Assembly: GCA_050575255.1 (NCBI GenBank)
Contig: JBNZDD010013721.1
Span: 7,997,671-8,061,670 of the forward strand
Direction: 5' to 3'
Origin: Harriotta raleighana
Lineage: Eukaryota
DNA length: 64,000 nt
In this document: piece after piece, positions 25,201-38,900 of the stretch
How positions within the stretch are numbered: position 1 is the stretch's first letter
Layout of the letters: each line of letters starts with the position of its first letter
Translations under genes and position numbers: made by a program
The notes under the pieces: model-generated
Databases searched by the model: none
Seen by the model: only the letters and a program-made list of their open reading frames with translations
Told to the model about the DNA's origin: nothing

Positions 25201-27460
25201 AGTCAAGGTGGCATAAAGCTATGTGGAGATGATCTGATCCTGTGTTCAGACTCGTCTTCGCTCCTTCACTATCAAATAGACAGATCTTCTACCATCAGGG
25301 TAAAACTCGATCTGTAACCAGAGTCTCTTCAGAATAAGTTCAAGTAACTGAGACTAGGATCCAAGAAAATCCAATGCACCAACTGTTTAAATATGCCAGA
25401 ACATCATTTAATGGTTGAAACACAGAGTTCAGTGTTCTGTTGAAACCTTTTATCTCTATACGAGATGGAATGAACACCTACATAAAACAGACAGGCTTTC
25501 CTCCTGTGGTACCAGCAGTGTCGTTAAATGGGTCACCTCCAAGTTACCTCACAGGGATTTTCTCAATATGTGCCGCAGTAAAGCAAAAGGACCTTTGGGA
25601 TTTATCAAGCACGAATCATTATAGGTCATAACCAAATTTAATAACAAATTACAAGTTGACACATAATAATAATCCTTGGATTTGATACAGCTTCTTTCAC
25701 ATTGGGAGGGTGACTCAAAAGCATGTAACACAGTACACCGTAAAATATAATGAGTGTGGATTTTACAGGCAAACACGGCAGCCAATTTGCGCTCACAAAC
25801 AGCCATGGAATGAACGACCATATTTTATTTGGGGGCAGTTGCTGGCCAAGTCAACAACTGCCCACACAACAAATGCCAATAACTAATGCGAGCTGTTTTA
25901 TATTTATGAAATATAAATTCCATCTGACCCAGACACCATGATGGAAGTCAGCTCATTCCTATTTAAGTACTTCATATAGATGAATCTCTGGCAACAATAT
26001 AAGGCATGGTATCGCAGTTTTATTTCCTTGACAACATCACATTAGGAACGAATGTCTTAAGCGGCTGATATTTATTTGTTTTTTCAGTGGAAAAGACAGC
26101 TTTTTGTGCAAAGGAAATCTGTACTAGCTCGTCATTTCTTGCTGACTGTAAATTAACCACAGCCATTTTCAGGCTGCTTGTCATCATACTCAGTTGGTAC
26201 CTTTCACTCGCTGTTCAGTGACCAGAGATAGAAATCTTGGTCATTCATCGGGCTATAAATGCAAGCAAAGAAGCATCTTCCACCAAGGCAAAAGGGTCCC
26301 TTTTACCCTCCAAACTCCCACTTGAAGGACAATTGGACAATTCCCAAAAGCCATGTGGGCAGCTTCCAATTTATCCGCAACTGTGTTTTGAGAACAAACG
26401 CAACAGATATTGATATGCATGGGAAGAGCATGGTGGCAGTCTGACTGTTACAAGATAGACAGTTGGGCGGTGGGAAATACATTGGCTAGATTAGCATCGT
26501 ACTTAAGGCCAGGGTGAGGAGGTGTGCAAAAGTGCACAGTAGGCCTTGCAAATTGGAAAAATAACCCTTTCATTTAAATGGACTATTTGCATCTCTATCT
26601 CATACACTATCTCATCATGACTTCTTGTCCAAAAGCTCATTGGTCTCGTTATGTGTCATTGAGCTCCCCAAGTACAAAATCACACAATAGTCAAGTGAGT
26701 ATTACCACAGCACTGAAGTGGGCTTGTCTGATTGTTCAAAATTATCCCAGCCAAAGGTAAGTCACTAAACAGCAATTTACCACAAGTGTATCCATTCGAT
26801 AACCTTCTTATGATCATTTATCAAGTAGTTAATGCTCCCACATTGATATCATGGGTAAAAGGCATGGCAGAGCATTGATCTAACATGCAAAACTTTGTTG
26901 TGACCTTCATTACCATCTGGTCATCAGCAGAGAAGACACAGGCTCCTCCCCAGCTCTCCGTCTGACCCAAATCATGTTATAAAATAATCACAGAGGATGT
27001 GACAATGTGAAGCTCAACTGCAGTAATTAGCTGGTGTCTTTGTTTTTTCCAGTTTGCAAGGGACCACATCAAGCATTTAAGCAGTGAATTTTAGTCAAAT
27101 CCTGATAAATGTATTGCTGGCGTCCACTGAACTGCAACCCTTCGATCAGGATTATGTTTGGATTAACACTTCTGCGGATTGGGAGTGACAAGTTGGAAGC
27201 CTATTCCTGGTCCAGGAGACTTGGCTGTATTCAATGAGGGTGGGAACTTGAGATAAAGTTTAGAATCATTTGACGTCATAGGCGAATGGCAAGATTTGCG
27301 CAATTTTAACATTGAGTCTCAAGAGTCGGAATTATACTGTGTAAGTGCTGTATAAGTGAGGCACAGATCTTTGGGAATTTGTCGTGTTCAGTATCCTCTG
27401 AAATACTACATTAATAGAATAAATCGAGACCCAAGTGAGATTTCTATACTCCCCCTCTCG

Positions 27461-27461
<1 letters not shown>

Positions 27462-27491
<30 letters not shown>

Positions 27492-27497
27492 NCCCCC
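27462..27497. repeat. poly(C) tract containing an N
   Basis: Homopolymer run; true length uncertain. Confidence 0.9.
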
Positions 27498-28362
27498 ACT
27501 CCCCACATGAATGATTTGATCCTCGATCTCAGTCAGCATGGCAATGAGGGGGGAAACTTCCACTGGTCTTGGTGGCCCTAGGTTTCGGAGGTGGAATATT
27601 GGTGAGTGATTCTTTTGAATGTTCACCGTCCAGTGTCAGCAAAAGGCTAGTGGTAGCCAAGGCCGAGCATTCAGTGCTTTAGGCCATTTTCCCGAGGTGA
27701 AAGGCTCTGTACAAATGTAATCTGTTGTTGTTGGTAGTCGAAGGTTATGAACCTACCCCTGGCCTATCGACCCTCGGTGATTAGTTACTGGAGAGCTGTG
27801 TATGTCATTGTTGTCTCTTCATAGGACAGTGAAGTCCTCGGGGAAACTCCAGCTCATATGCACCCTTAAACTAAAAATTAAAAAAGCGTGCAAAATAATG
27901 CCACTGCAATTTTTTTTAATGACTAATGAAATTGAGAGACAGATGTTGAAAATGTAAAAGTATTGTAGCTCACAGGACATCTTACAAGATCACAGAACAG
28001 CCACATTACTTGTGCCTCAAATACCTGTGTGACCAAAATCATCGACAGTTCAGCAAATATCAATACAATGACGTGTTGGAATGGCTCAGTTTTTGCCAAA
28101 CTCGTTCGGGATCATCTTGTACAATAATCTTTTCAAATGTATTTTTAAAACCTTCATAATACTCTTCTTATTGTTTAATGAAGTGGAAGCTTTTTTTCTT
28201 TTCAGTTAATTACCGCAGTCAGTTGGATGAGTGCTTCTTTTGTGTTTCACAGTAGCGACTGGGTTGCCTTGTGTCGTAGAGATTAAACAGGGAGGAGAGG
28301 AAAAAACAGGCATAATCATTGCTCCTGTGGGGCACAATTCCACCTCTGATTCATTTTATAAA

Positions 28363-28702
28363 ATAATGATAATCTTTGCATTTAATTCAGCGCATTCCAC
28401 GTCAGACAAATGCATCTCAAAGGGTTTCACAGGATTTTACCATAAAGTGTAGTGACTGTATATTGTAGGTGAATGTAGCAGACAATTTGTGCACAGCAAT
28501 GTCCCCACAAACAGTGAGAAGGGAGCATCCAAGTTTATCTGAGGGATTATTATTGATCTCGACCAGGAGAAACTTCCATCTCGTTTTCAACAGTGCCCAT
28601 GGGATCTTTACCACTCACCTGAACAGTCGGACGGGAGTTTGGTTTAATGTCTCATTCGAAGAATGGCACCTCCGACAATGCATCTTTCCTCCAGCACTGC
28701 AT
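28363..28702 (-). mobile_element. SacSINE1-like Deu-SINE, 5'-truncated
   Basis: Deu domain on minus: GCATTGTCGGAGGTGCCATTCTTCGAATGAGACATTAAACC...GTTCAGGTGAGTGGTAAAGATCCCATGGGCACTG. Confidence 0.85.
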
Positions 28703-28703
28703 T

Positions 28704-29005
28704 AATAATAGTCCTTCCATTTGATATAACGCTTTTCACATCCTCTAGATCTCTCAAAGTACTTCACAGAATATACTGTAAAGTGAATTGTCTGTATATT
28801 TGTGGGCAAAACGTGGCAGCCAATTGCATACAGCAGTGTCCCACAAACAGTCATGGATTGAAATAACCAATTTATTATTGTTTTATATTTGAGGGCTTAT
28901 TATTAGGTGGGTGGAGTAAGGAAACCTGCTTTCACCTTGCCTGGAATTGAACCCAGGTCTGTTGCTTGTAAGGCGAGTGCTCTAACCACTGAGCTACAGG
29001 ACTCC
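28704..29005 (-). mobile_element. tRNA-headed SINE (family A), full length
   Basis: Minus head GGAGTCCTGTAGCTCAGTGGTTAGAGCACTCGCCTTACAAGC...CCTGGGTTCAATTCC; its tail abuts the body of the preceding Deu-SINE. Confidence 0.9.
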
Positions 29006-30489
29006 ACAAGTATGGATGTGATGCTGATGAAATCACCATTGTTAGGTTGATCCCACCGATCTCAAATAAGTTTTGTGTGGAAACAGTAGTTATAACTTAC
29101 ACGTCAGTGAAGGGGTTAATTCCTCAGGATTATGCTAAACCCAGTAGAATTTGCAATGGGAGAATTAAGATCATTTTCACAACAAATGATACACAGAAAA
29201 GCAAGGCTTCTTCTTTAGGGCTTTATTAGTAAATGTTTTACTCTCTCTAAGGATTTTGTCTCGGCAGTGAATTATCTAAATTAGGAAAATTGCCACATAA
29301 AACAGTAGACGCTGCATAATATCAATGCACATCTCTGTTTTGTTAACTTGCAGCATTATTGTATTCGCCTCAGAAATTTTATATCTATTAGAGTAAACTC
29401 TGGCACAGACAGTTTTGCTATGGGGTATGGGGGAGGAAGGGGTGGTGCGGAGGGTAGAATTATACAGCCTGCAATAGGTCAAGGAGTACTTTATTTATTT
29501 ATAGCTTCCCTTTATTGAATTGTGATATGAAATAAACCATATTTTATCATGGAATACAACTACAACAATGACATCTGTAGCGCCTTTCATGTCAGGAGGA
29601 CGTCCCAAGGTGCTGAGGTAAAGAAGAATGCATCGGGAACCCGTATTAATGGGAACCTCTCTTTACCAGCCAATGTTTCAAAGTGACATTGGCATGATTT
29701 GGAATTGGAAACTGTCCAAAATTAACTTCTTGCGGACTGTGGTCGTGTCTCCACACTGGTCCTTTTATATTTTTTGTATATAAAAAAATAACTAATGCTT
29801 CTCTGATTATTGAGGGAAGGCAGTAACTCAAGTTGGAGGCACTCTCAGGTTCTGTGTACATCTTAAATTCCAGATTAAAGTACCGAGTCGTGGAATACAT
29901 AGCTCTGAGAGGCTCAGTGGTGCTGTGCTGAATTCCTGATCTCAGCTGCTTTAATGCCAGAAGGGAATATAAAATTTAACATCAGTTAGAATGATTAAGG
30001 TACCTAAGAAGGTTCTTTGGGATTAATGTTAAACCTCAGATATCCTTTGTTGTAAATTTATTCTACTTCTGGCAAATTTATAAACCAAAGGAAGGTTAAC
30101 CCACAGGATTCCCTGTTGATTGCTCACCAGGCACCTCCACTTACTTGCCTTCAGCCAGATGAGTGGGGGAGTGGGGGGGGGGGGGGCAGCCTGTCAGCCA
30201 TGGGCAACGCAAGACTTGGGCAGAACCAGCGAGAGGGAAAAGCACGAGTTGAAAGTAAAAGGTGACTTGGCCTTCAACAAAAGAAAGTTGCACAAGCCTA
30301 TTCTGCAGTTGTTCAGCTGAGAGCGTGTGCATTGTTGAAGCTGTAAGGAATGCTTGGCATGCAAACGAATGAGAGTCCCATTTGCCAGAACTGCTGAGCT
30401 TGACCTGCTTAGTATAAGTAGCCCTGGTTGACAGCCCCCTAGCATTTGAACTGAACCGAACTTAATTTCCTGCCTGCCTTGGAAAACGG

Positions 30490-30760
30490 TAGGAAGGGAG
30501 CAAGTCGGAAGGATAGACAGGCGAGTGCTAGCAGAATGGTCAGTAGGCTTTGAGAAGGTCACAGAGGTAGGGTGGGGCAAGACGCTGGAGGAGTTTAAAC
30601 GAGGCCGCAGAGATCTGGTGTAGGACAGAGCAAGGCGACCAGAGCGCAGGACGTTGATGTAGTCAAGCATGAACTTAATAAAAGCGTGGACAAGGCTCTC
30701 AGCGGGCCGAGGGGAGAGGCGGTGGTAGAGGTGGTGAGAAATAAAAGCCGTAAAGCAAAT
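30490..30760 (-). mobile_element. L2 ORF2 internal fragment
   Basis: Minus ORF contains LSPRPAESLVHAFIKFMLDYINVL, matching L2 motif AExLVHAFVTSRLDYCNSLL. Confidence 0.8.
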
Positions 30761-33700
30761 TCTGAGTAAACGGCCAGAGATAAAACATTGACAGTTCATT
30801 TCAGCAGGAGAACAAAAGTCAGTTGGGTGAAAAAGTTAGATCCAGCGTCACTCCAGAATTTAGTGATCATCCATGTATCAGTCAGTAAGGGTACACAATG
30901 CAAATGAGCCTTTACATCTCATAGCCTAAATCAATTTTTGCATATGAATGAATCGGGATTGAAGTGCAGTGAGGTAACTCAAATGCAGCTGATCTGACCT
31001 TGCCCTTGTGCTGCCTATTAGTAAGTGAGTAGGGGGGGGGGAGGGGGGGGAGTTTTGTACGATAAATTCACAATAATGTTTAACCTGCCAATTAGTATAC
31101 TTTGTGATTAAAGGCAATTTATAGGGGGCTGGTGAGGGGTGGGGAGCAGAAGGAGGAAACAGTCATGCAATGCTACATTGGAGATGAAAACAAGCCCCCT
31201 TCATTGAAGACGTCCTCAGCTTCATTCTCAATTAGAAATTGCCAACTTCAAAGAGCAGTTTTACAGCGGCTGTAGCAGAAATGAATGCCTCACAACTGCA
31301 ATGCACTACCAGACTCTACAGAGCCTTTAACTGTGACCGTCAACGAATCTGTTCACAATGTTTAATGCATCATTTCTGAGTTCTACTCTTAAAATGCAAA
31401 ATTTTCATTTAATTTTGTTTAAAAAAATATACAGGCTCATTCTTATCAAGAGCAAAAGAAAGCTTTGGACAATCCCCAGGGATTTCAAATGAGCTGGAAA
31501 GGAAAATGATCTACACGAACATATCATTGCATTGGTCGGAGATAGAATCCCAGCCATTTTTGGAATAGATTTCCTCCTTATTTGCTATGAGACTGTACCA
31601 CCCCTCCCCTCCCTCATCCAGGGAAAGTCTTTAACTAATTTCTTTCCTCAGTTAAACAGCAATCACTCTTCTGTCACCAGAGTCTTAAACTTTTGAACCC
31701 TGTCAGCAAAAAATTCCAACAAAACGTAACCAAAGATTCACAAGGGAACAATTCAGTACCATCAAAATGAACTGCTGCAATACATTAGTGTCTGTGTGCA
31801 GCACGGCGAATATTGAGCTCTGTGTGCAGTAATTGTCACGATGACAGAGCTGGGAAAGCTCTTTATAATTAGGATGGTTGTTTTGTCATGTGTAATGATC
31901 TGGAGAGGAGTCAGGGAGGGTAGAGGAAGGAGAGCTGCTTTTTTTCCCCCCGCAGCCTGCAGACAGAGCCGGCCGGCAGCTGGTAGATTGGCTCAGCAAG
32001 CCACCCATCAGCTGTCAGAGAATTGTGCGGCAGAGACTCGGACGAAATAAAGCCAATCAGTGAAATAATGAGCAAGGTAATATCCCCCCAGAGACTTCCT
32101 GCCGGTTTTGTCAAGCCCACCGCAACTGTCCAACTATTTGCTTTATTAGGAACAGTATTTCTCTATTGATAGGGGACGCCTTTGTTTCGCATTAGGAGGG
32201 AGTTAAGGTTGTGTGGGGGTGGAAGTGGGGTGGGGCGTTGTGGGTCTTGATTCAAATCACCATGCATTCTGTTTGGTTTGGGGTGGGGATGGGAGGGGGT
32301 GCAGTTGGTAAAAGCACCGTTGGAAATCCTTCATGTTGGGATCATTAAACTGTGCACAGGCACAGAAATCCAGGGCATTTATCAGCGCTCCAATCCCAAA
32401 CAACTTTCTTATTTGCTTTAATCATTTGAACTGATGTTAATTTCCCCCCTCCCTCAATCTCTTCGCTCCCCCCACCCCCACCCCGCACCACCACCACCCC
32501 AAGTCGGCTTTCTGTCCAGCACTCTCTAAAATTCCACAGCTGCCAAGTCAGTGGGTCCAGGACTTTCTTCCAAGCAGGAGTTTGGCTGTTCTGTCACTGA
32601 GCGTGTGAGCGTTCGCTGAACATCTTTGCATTTCTGGAAGGCTGCAGCATTTTAATTAAGCAGTAATGGATGCATAGGAGAACTGTCTTGCCACCCTGAG
32701 AAAAGGCTGATTGAAGGATCAGAGGTTGATTCTGTCAATCACCTGCTACCTTCAGCTAGCCAACATAGCACAGTACAAAGCCTGTCCATTATTGTGATTC
32801 AGTCGCACCTTGAAATCATTATCTTTCAGTGACTTATTTAGGCCTGAACTCTTTTTTTTTCCTAAAAAGTAACATTGTTTGTTTCCTTCCCTGCTCCCCC
32901 CACCCGCCCGAACACATATACACACTATTATCCTGAATAACAATCAAATTTGCACAATCATGAGGACCCTCTCTATGTTTATCCCAAATACTTCAGCCAT
33001 CCTGTATAATTCAGCTGTTCGCTCAGATGTGGTTGAGTTACTTTTGGTGAATAGGAGGAAATCAACTTCACAAACCCCAACCCTTAGCGAGTCTGCCCAG
33101 AGCCTGCTTGTCCTTGGAAATCCGTCTGTCCGTCACTCACTCCCTTAGCCTGAACAGCCATATCATCATCTTTTCATAACGCCCACTGATGCTCTTACAC
33201 AAACACACAATGCTGTCTCCGATGTCGCTCTCTATTGAGACATCACTGCTAACCTCCACTTTTGTCCGACTTCAATCCCTTTGCATATAATTTAAACGTA
33301 TTCGCAATCTGCAACAGCCATCAAAATCAGCCAGACATTTTGCACAGCACACTCCACTTTTGATTCTGTGATCACTCTGAATTACAGTTACAGGCACATT
33401 CCCACAGCAGAGAGTGCATTGTAGGCTAGTGCCAAGAGAAGCAGAACCATAGGGCCATCATTCAAAGCCCATGATGGCTTGAATACCGTCCTTCAGAATA
33501 TCAAATGACATGATTCTGATTAATTCATCATCTAAAACTAATTCAGGCAGTGTCACCAAAGGAGGTACTGCAGTGTCCAAAGTCAACTTACATTAAGGTT
33601 GAAGTGACCTAGTGGGAACAGCTACCTATCGCACTTTTAAGTACTTTGTAAAGTGACATGGGGTACCTTGTTTCACAAATCAACTGGAAATTAAATGATT

Positions 33701-34792
33701 GATTTTTCCTCACCGGCCTCCCACTGTGACTGCTAAACTGCCTTTCACATTCACTATTGATACCAATCCACGTTCATTTTCCTGGTCAACATGAACGCAT
33801 ACATAATTAATAATAACGTTGGCACAGCATGCGATCAGGTCGCGGAAATGAAATTGAGCGAGAAAACTGGATTTAGCCTAAATAGAGGAAGGAAGGATTC
33901 TACCACATTAGTGAGGAGTATATAGGGTGAATTTCGGTAGGAAATCCAATCCTCTGGGATAATGGAACAATAGCAGAATGACAAAAAGCTTCAGGAAGTG
34001 TTAGCTGGAGTAAAGCATCGAATAAGAGAACACAAGAAGGAAGAGAGCATTTTTCCACCAGCCTTTACTGGGCGTTAAAACCCCCATTTGCCTTTTGCCC
34101 ATTAAAATCAAGGGACAGAATGATTGATTTGCCAGCTTCGTTTGCAGGAAATGTGTGCGTATGTCTGTGAGTGTGTGTGTGTGTGTGTCGGTCGAGTTAT
34201 CCACATTTTAATTCTTGACGTATGACTTTAGGAATATTATAATGTTTTTATTTCATTGACTTTGGGGGTGTCCGCATGGAGCTTTAGTCTAGGATATTGA
34301 AAGCGTTAGTGAAGTTGTGATAAATTGGACTATGTGGGGAGGGAGTTGGCTTTATGGGCTGAATGACCTCTTGTTATATGATTTTGCAGCGATTTTTTTT
34401 GTAGCAATTTGTTTCCAGCGCAAATGCACCTTGGGCACTTCAAGTTATCACCAAAGGGAGAATCTAAATGGTTTCAAGTTGACTTCACTGAGACTGAAGC
34501 TGACTCAATGGACTCAATCAGAAGCAGAGTTCTCAGATCTGGGTTTCTTACCTATGAGTTGCTAATCTCAGTCGCGCCATCTCAGGAACTGGGGAACAAA
34601 AGGAAAAGGGGGGAAAACGTCAGATGCTTCAGTGTCCTACAAATCTCTGGTGTGACTTCCAGCCGTCACCTCTAGGATGCCTATGATCACCTGGGAATGC
34701 GCAATTATGTGGGAGACTGAAGATGGAGAAATTCCATTGAAAGTGGACAAAAATCACTCGATTTAAATCGGAACTAGAGAGCTAGGTAGAAC

Positions 34793-34912
34793 CGCGTTTC
34801 GCCCACAAAGATACAGTCAATTCATTTTACAGTATATTCTGTGAAGCGCTTTGAGACGTCTGTTTAGAAGGTGTGAAAGGCGCTGTATTACATGCAAGGA
34901 TTATTATTACTA
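34793..34912 (+). mobile_element. SINE 3' half (family A)
   Basis: CGCGTTTCGCCCACAAAGATACAGTCAATTCATTTTACAGTATATTCTGTGAAGCGCTTTGAGACGTC...GCAAGGATTATTA. Confidence 0.85.
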
Positions 34913-35730
34913 TAACCTGAGAAAAGCTCTCATTCTTCACACTTGGTTTTTCAGGCATTTTTTCCTGTCTCTTCTCATCAGATATTATATATTCTGCAGC
35001 GAATTAACAATGGGCTCAGTTGCAAAGGTGCAATGTCATCAGTGAGACTGTATTACGAGCTTTGGTTGCGCAAGAAAGCACATGATATCAACAGTCTGTG
35101 CGCGACCCAGCGGACGAGTGCTCCTGCAAAGTTGGCGTATTTTTTGTGGTGGAGGGGGCGGGGGATGGAGGTGGTGGGGGGGGGGGGGAACCACCAATAC
35201 AAAAACTGATCTTGACATTGTGCGTATCACATACAGGAAAATAAGATAGCTGGCAGTGCATTGCAAGGCTATCATTCAATCAGGCAGTTCTAATGATGTT
35301 GCAGAGCGTAAGAGGAAAATCTGAGCAATTTATGGACGACAGCAGGACCCCACGATTAAATCACTGCCTTAAGGTTGCTCCGAGCAATTTGCCATTGTGT
35401 TCACAGCCTGGCTCGTATTTTTTTATTTGAAAGGTAGCCTATTTTCTGCCAACTGCTCTGTACGGGAGTGCAGGTGGGGGGTTACATAACCAAAGAGGCA
35501 TGTCGGAGCATAAGGTTGCACCCAACGCTTTATTTTCTGCAATGGTTACCGCCTGGCAGTACGCAAATAAACTTAGGGGTGTATTGTTCTTTTGTCTTCC
35601 TTCTTTTGCACGAAAATAATCCTGGCTTCACGTAAACACAGTGATTCGTTCGCAATGATTATCACATTGACCAAACAACGTGTTCAAAAGTGGCCAACGG
35701 TTATCATTGCCCCCGGGGCTCACAAATCCT

Positions 35731-35778
35731 CCCCCCCCCCCCCCCCCCCCCCCCNNNCCCCCCCCCCCCCCCCCCCCC
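35731..35778. repeat. poly(C) tract with NNN
   Basis: Homopolymer run; source of the poly-Pro/poly-Gly ORFs. Confidence 0.9.
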
Positions 35779-38689
35779 ACCTTGGGCCTTTGGCTGCTTT
35801 TGACTTCATTTTGTGTCAATGTGATCATTATCATGGATGTTAATATAGGGTCCAACATTTTTCCCTTCACAAAGTTGCCTCGGGCAGGTTTTTGGGTCAC
35901 AATTCGTGCCAGTCTCTTTTATCGCCTCTGCCGCCCCGTCTTGTTGGGGGGGAGGGACGTACGGGGGGTCCTTTGTGATTTATCCACATACCTTGGAGAA
36001 GAGAATTAAATTGAATCACAGCCACTGTTCTTCGCATTCGTATATACTGTACTCTACATTGCTCAGTGTCAAACCAAGTGGATTGAACTAAAATCTTCAA
36101 ACACTTCAGAGGAAATGACTGTCACAGAGGTGTGAAGCAAGTGCTCGGCCTAGCTTTCACAAAGTACTGTACAAATCATATGGTTTTGTCCGGGGGCAAG
36201 GAAGCCAGGATTATCAGTTTAAAGACAGAAGGTGTAGAGAATCATTCATGAGCACAGTGATTGAAGTGTAAACCCTAATCCTTGTTTACATTAGTGGCTT
36301 TAAAGGTTGTGTGTCATCAGGAATTTCTGCCTTGCAAGTCAGAAATTCCTTACGTATAACATTTCAGAGCATGAAGACATTACTGCTGAGAAAGCAGACA
36401 GATGATTAATACCAAAGACACTGCCTGACAGATCAAGTCTACAATGATTTCTGTGTTAAAGGGGAACTCAACCTTATTTTAAAATAATACGTTTTAGCAG
36501 TCTGCTCCCAAACTGCGTCTTCAGCCCAGTGTTGTCCCAGGGGATGAGGGAGGGAGCTGAAGAGGGTTGTGTTTGCGGTATTTCTTAATGGATTTCTTAA
36601 ATGAGAAGTAAGTACAGATGTCCACAATACCAATCTGCAGGAATGCTACTGGATATCAGTCTGGAATTCATAAAGGATCCTTCGAGTTAGAGCAACTTAT
36701 TCATTTTAAAATCGGGTTTTGTATATGAAATGTTCAGTTTTACTTTAATGTTTGAATAATTGCAACAAGTTCACAATTCTCCCACATTCAATTTTAGACT
36801 AGAAAATTAATATTAATTCTTATGTCCGGGGTTGACGTGTCAGAACTTCTCATACCTTGCTTGTTCCCATGAATACCTATTCCGAGTAGTATGAGCAGTG
36901 GCTGAACCAATGTTAGATGCATATTGCACAACTCAACTGGACACAACTTCTGTTTTATCTTTATCTGCCCTGTTTACAGTGTACTGGGTTGCGACGTCTT
37001 GGGACGTCCTCCCGACGTGAAAGGCGCTCTATCAATGTAATTTTGTTCTTGTCAGGGTTTCAGACTGCAACAGAGAAGTGCTAAATAACCCATGTAGTGA
37101 CATGCAATATTGTCTCAAGGTTGCAATTGATGACTTTCATATTTGGCCATTGCGCTTTCCTGAACCTCGAGGGAGTTTCCTGATACCGACAAATCAATTT
37201 GAAACTCATGCCATCAGCCTGAGACACGGCAGCTAACCTTTGGTATTGCTGCCACCAATCCCACTCCCTTCAGAGATCTTGAGGATACCTGCTCTTCGGA
37301 CTAGCCTCAGTGGCTTTGAGAACAGGGGCCAAGCCTCATTTAAGTGCCACCAAAGTTGGGTCATGCTGTCATCAGTGCTCCAAGTTAAAAGTAGCATGAG
37401 TGCCCTTGATCCTGTTTTCCGAAACTGTGGACAGAATGCAATGAAGGAGCAACTTAACATCTACATTCACCAACAAAATAAGCAATACCCTGTCAATGTA
37501 TCTTATCAAGTGCTTTGAGATGTACTTCTAATTTGAAAGGCACTATAACAACAATATCTTGCGTTTAAATAGCACCCTTCACAGGTGGGAGGGAGATAGC
37601 ATCTACGTACACTTGAATATATCGAACCTAAGGATTATTATTTATTTTTTGGTAAGACATTTTGAAAATAGAGGCTTGTGGATTGCTTCATAGGAGCTGA
37701 TATGTCAGTGCAATTCATTAGCAAGGTCAATAATCCTGTTTGGAGAGAGCACATTGGATAGAAAGTTGATTGTCGTCCACCACAGCCTTCCCTCTACCTT
37801 GTCCAACTCGATAACACTGCAATCCCAGCCTACCCCGAAAATAGTCTCCCACCACTAGGTGACTGAGTGGGCCACCGGTTGTCCTTACTCATATGATAAG
37901 CTTCGAGGACTGCAATTGAATTATGAAGCGTTGATCCTGACTTGATACATGAAAGTGTCACACGGTTACAGAAAGAAGTTTAGTCCTGCAATCTTCCTTT
38001 CTTTTCGGGCACCTACTCCAGTGACATTTCATCGAGAATTCAAAGAGCAGAGCCTTAATGAAATGCATAATTAACATATTATAATTGTGCTGTGCAGTAT
38101 GATGATTTTGACAGAACTCACTTTCCATGGCTAATTCTATGCTAATTTAATCTGTTCCTCACTTGCCTACATGACCTTTCCTGATTGAGTTTCACAGAGG
38201 AATTTTTTTTTGATGGATTGATTTATCAGTATTGCAGAGACAACACATCAGAAGGGCTGTTGGTCGGAGGAAAGAACAGAAATTGTCACCGAATAGTGTT
38301 GTAAATTGCACTCAGAGCTTTCCAACTCTACTCCTCTGTTTAAAAAAAAAGACAGGTGATTTAATTACCAGTCAAAAGCAAATTCAAGGGGGGAAGAGAA
38401 GAAAAAAAAATCATTAAAACCTATCATGAAAAGTATCACCTTGATACATTTTCACATTGCCAGATTGTGTTATGTGACTGCACAGGCATAACTTGAGGCT
38501 AAAAATGATTGACAACCTAGTGTAATTTGAACACAGAGAAATTACCACTGGCCAAGCACCACTGTTTGACAATACCTAACTTTTCGGAGACCTGAAATTC
38601 CCCCTTGTCTTAGCTGTAGGACCATATTGCCTTAATATTAAACATTGCTAGAATTAAACGTTGCCAGAATGTTGCCAAATTTCATGCAA

Positions 38690-38900
38690 AAGATAGTGGA
38701 AATATGAAACTCTCTTCCCCACGAAAGGCTGTAGATGTTGGACCCCTTCATTGAAGAATGAGTGGATAGACTTTGGTTAGGTAAAGGTATCAAAAGATAT
38801 GGCCTGGGCAATTGGAGTTGAGGTAGAGATCAGCCTTGATCTAACAGAATTGCGGAACTGGCTTGAGGGGGTAAATAGCCTACTCTTGTTCTTATGTTTC
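38690..38900 (+). mobile_element. CR1 3' end
   Basis: GATAGACTTTGGTTAGGTAAAGGTATCAAAAGATATGG...GATCAGCCTTGATCT...GGCTTGAGGGGGTAAATAGCCTACTCTTGTTCTTATG, typical of chondrichthyan CR1 3' UTR. Confidence 0.8.

Noticed and set aside
30194-30799. Longest ORF (201 aa)
   Set aside because: The recognisable part is decayed L2 ORF2; the rest has no protein-like features.
35592-36009. Poly-Pro/poly-Gly ORFs
   Set aside because: Produced by a poly(C) run containing Ns.
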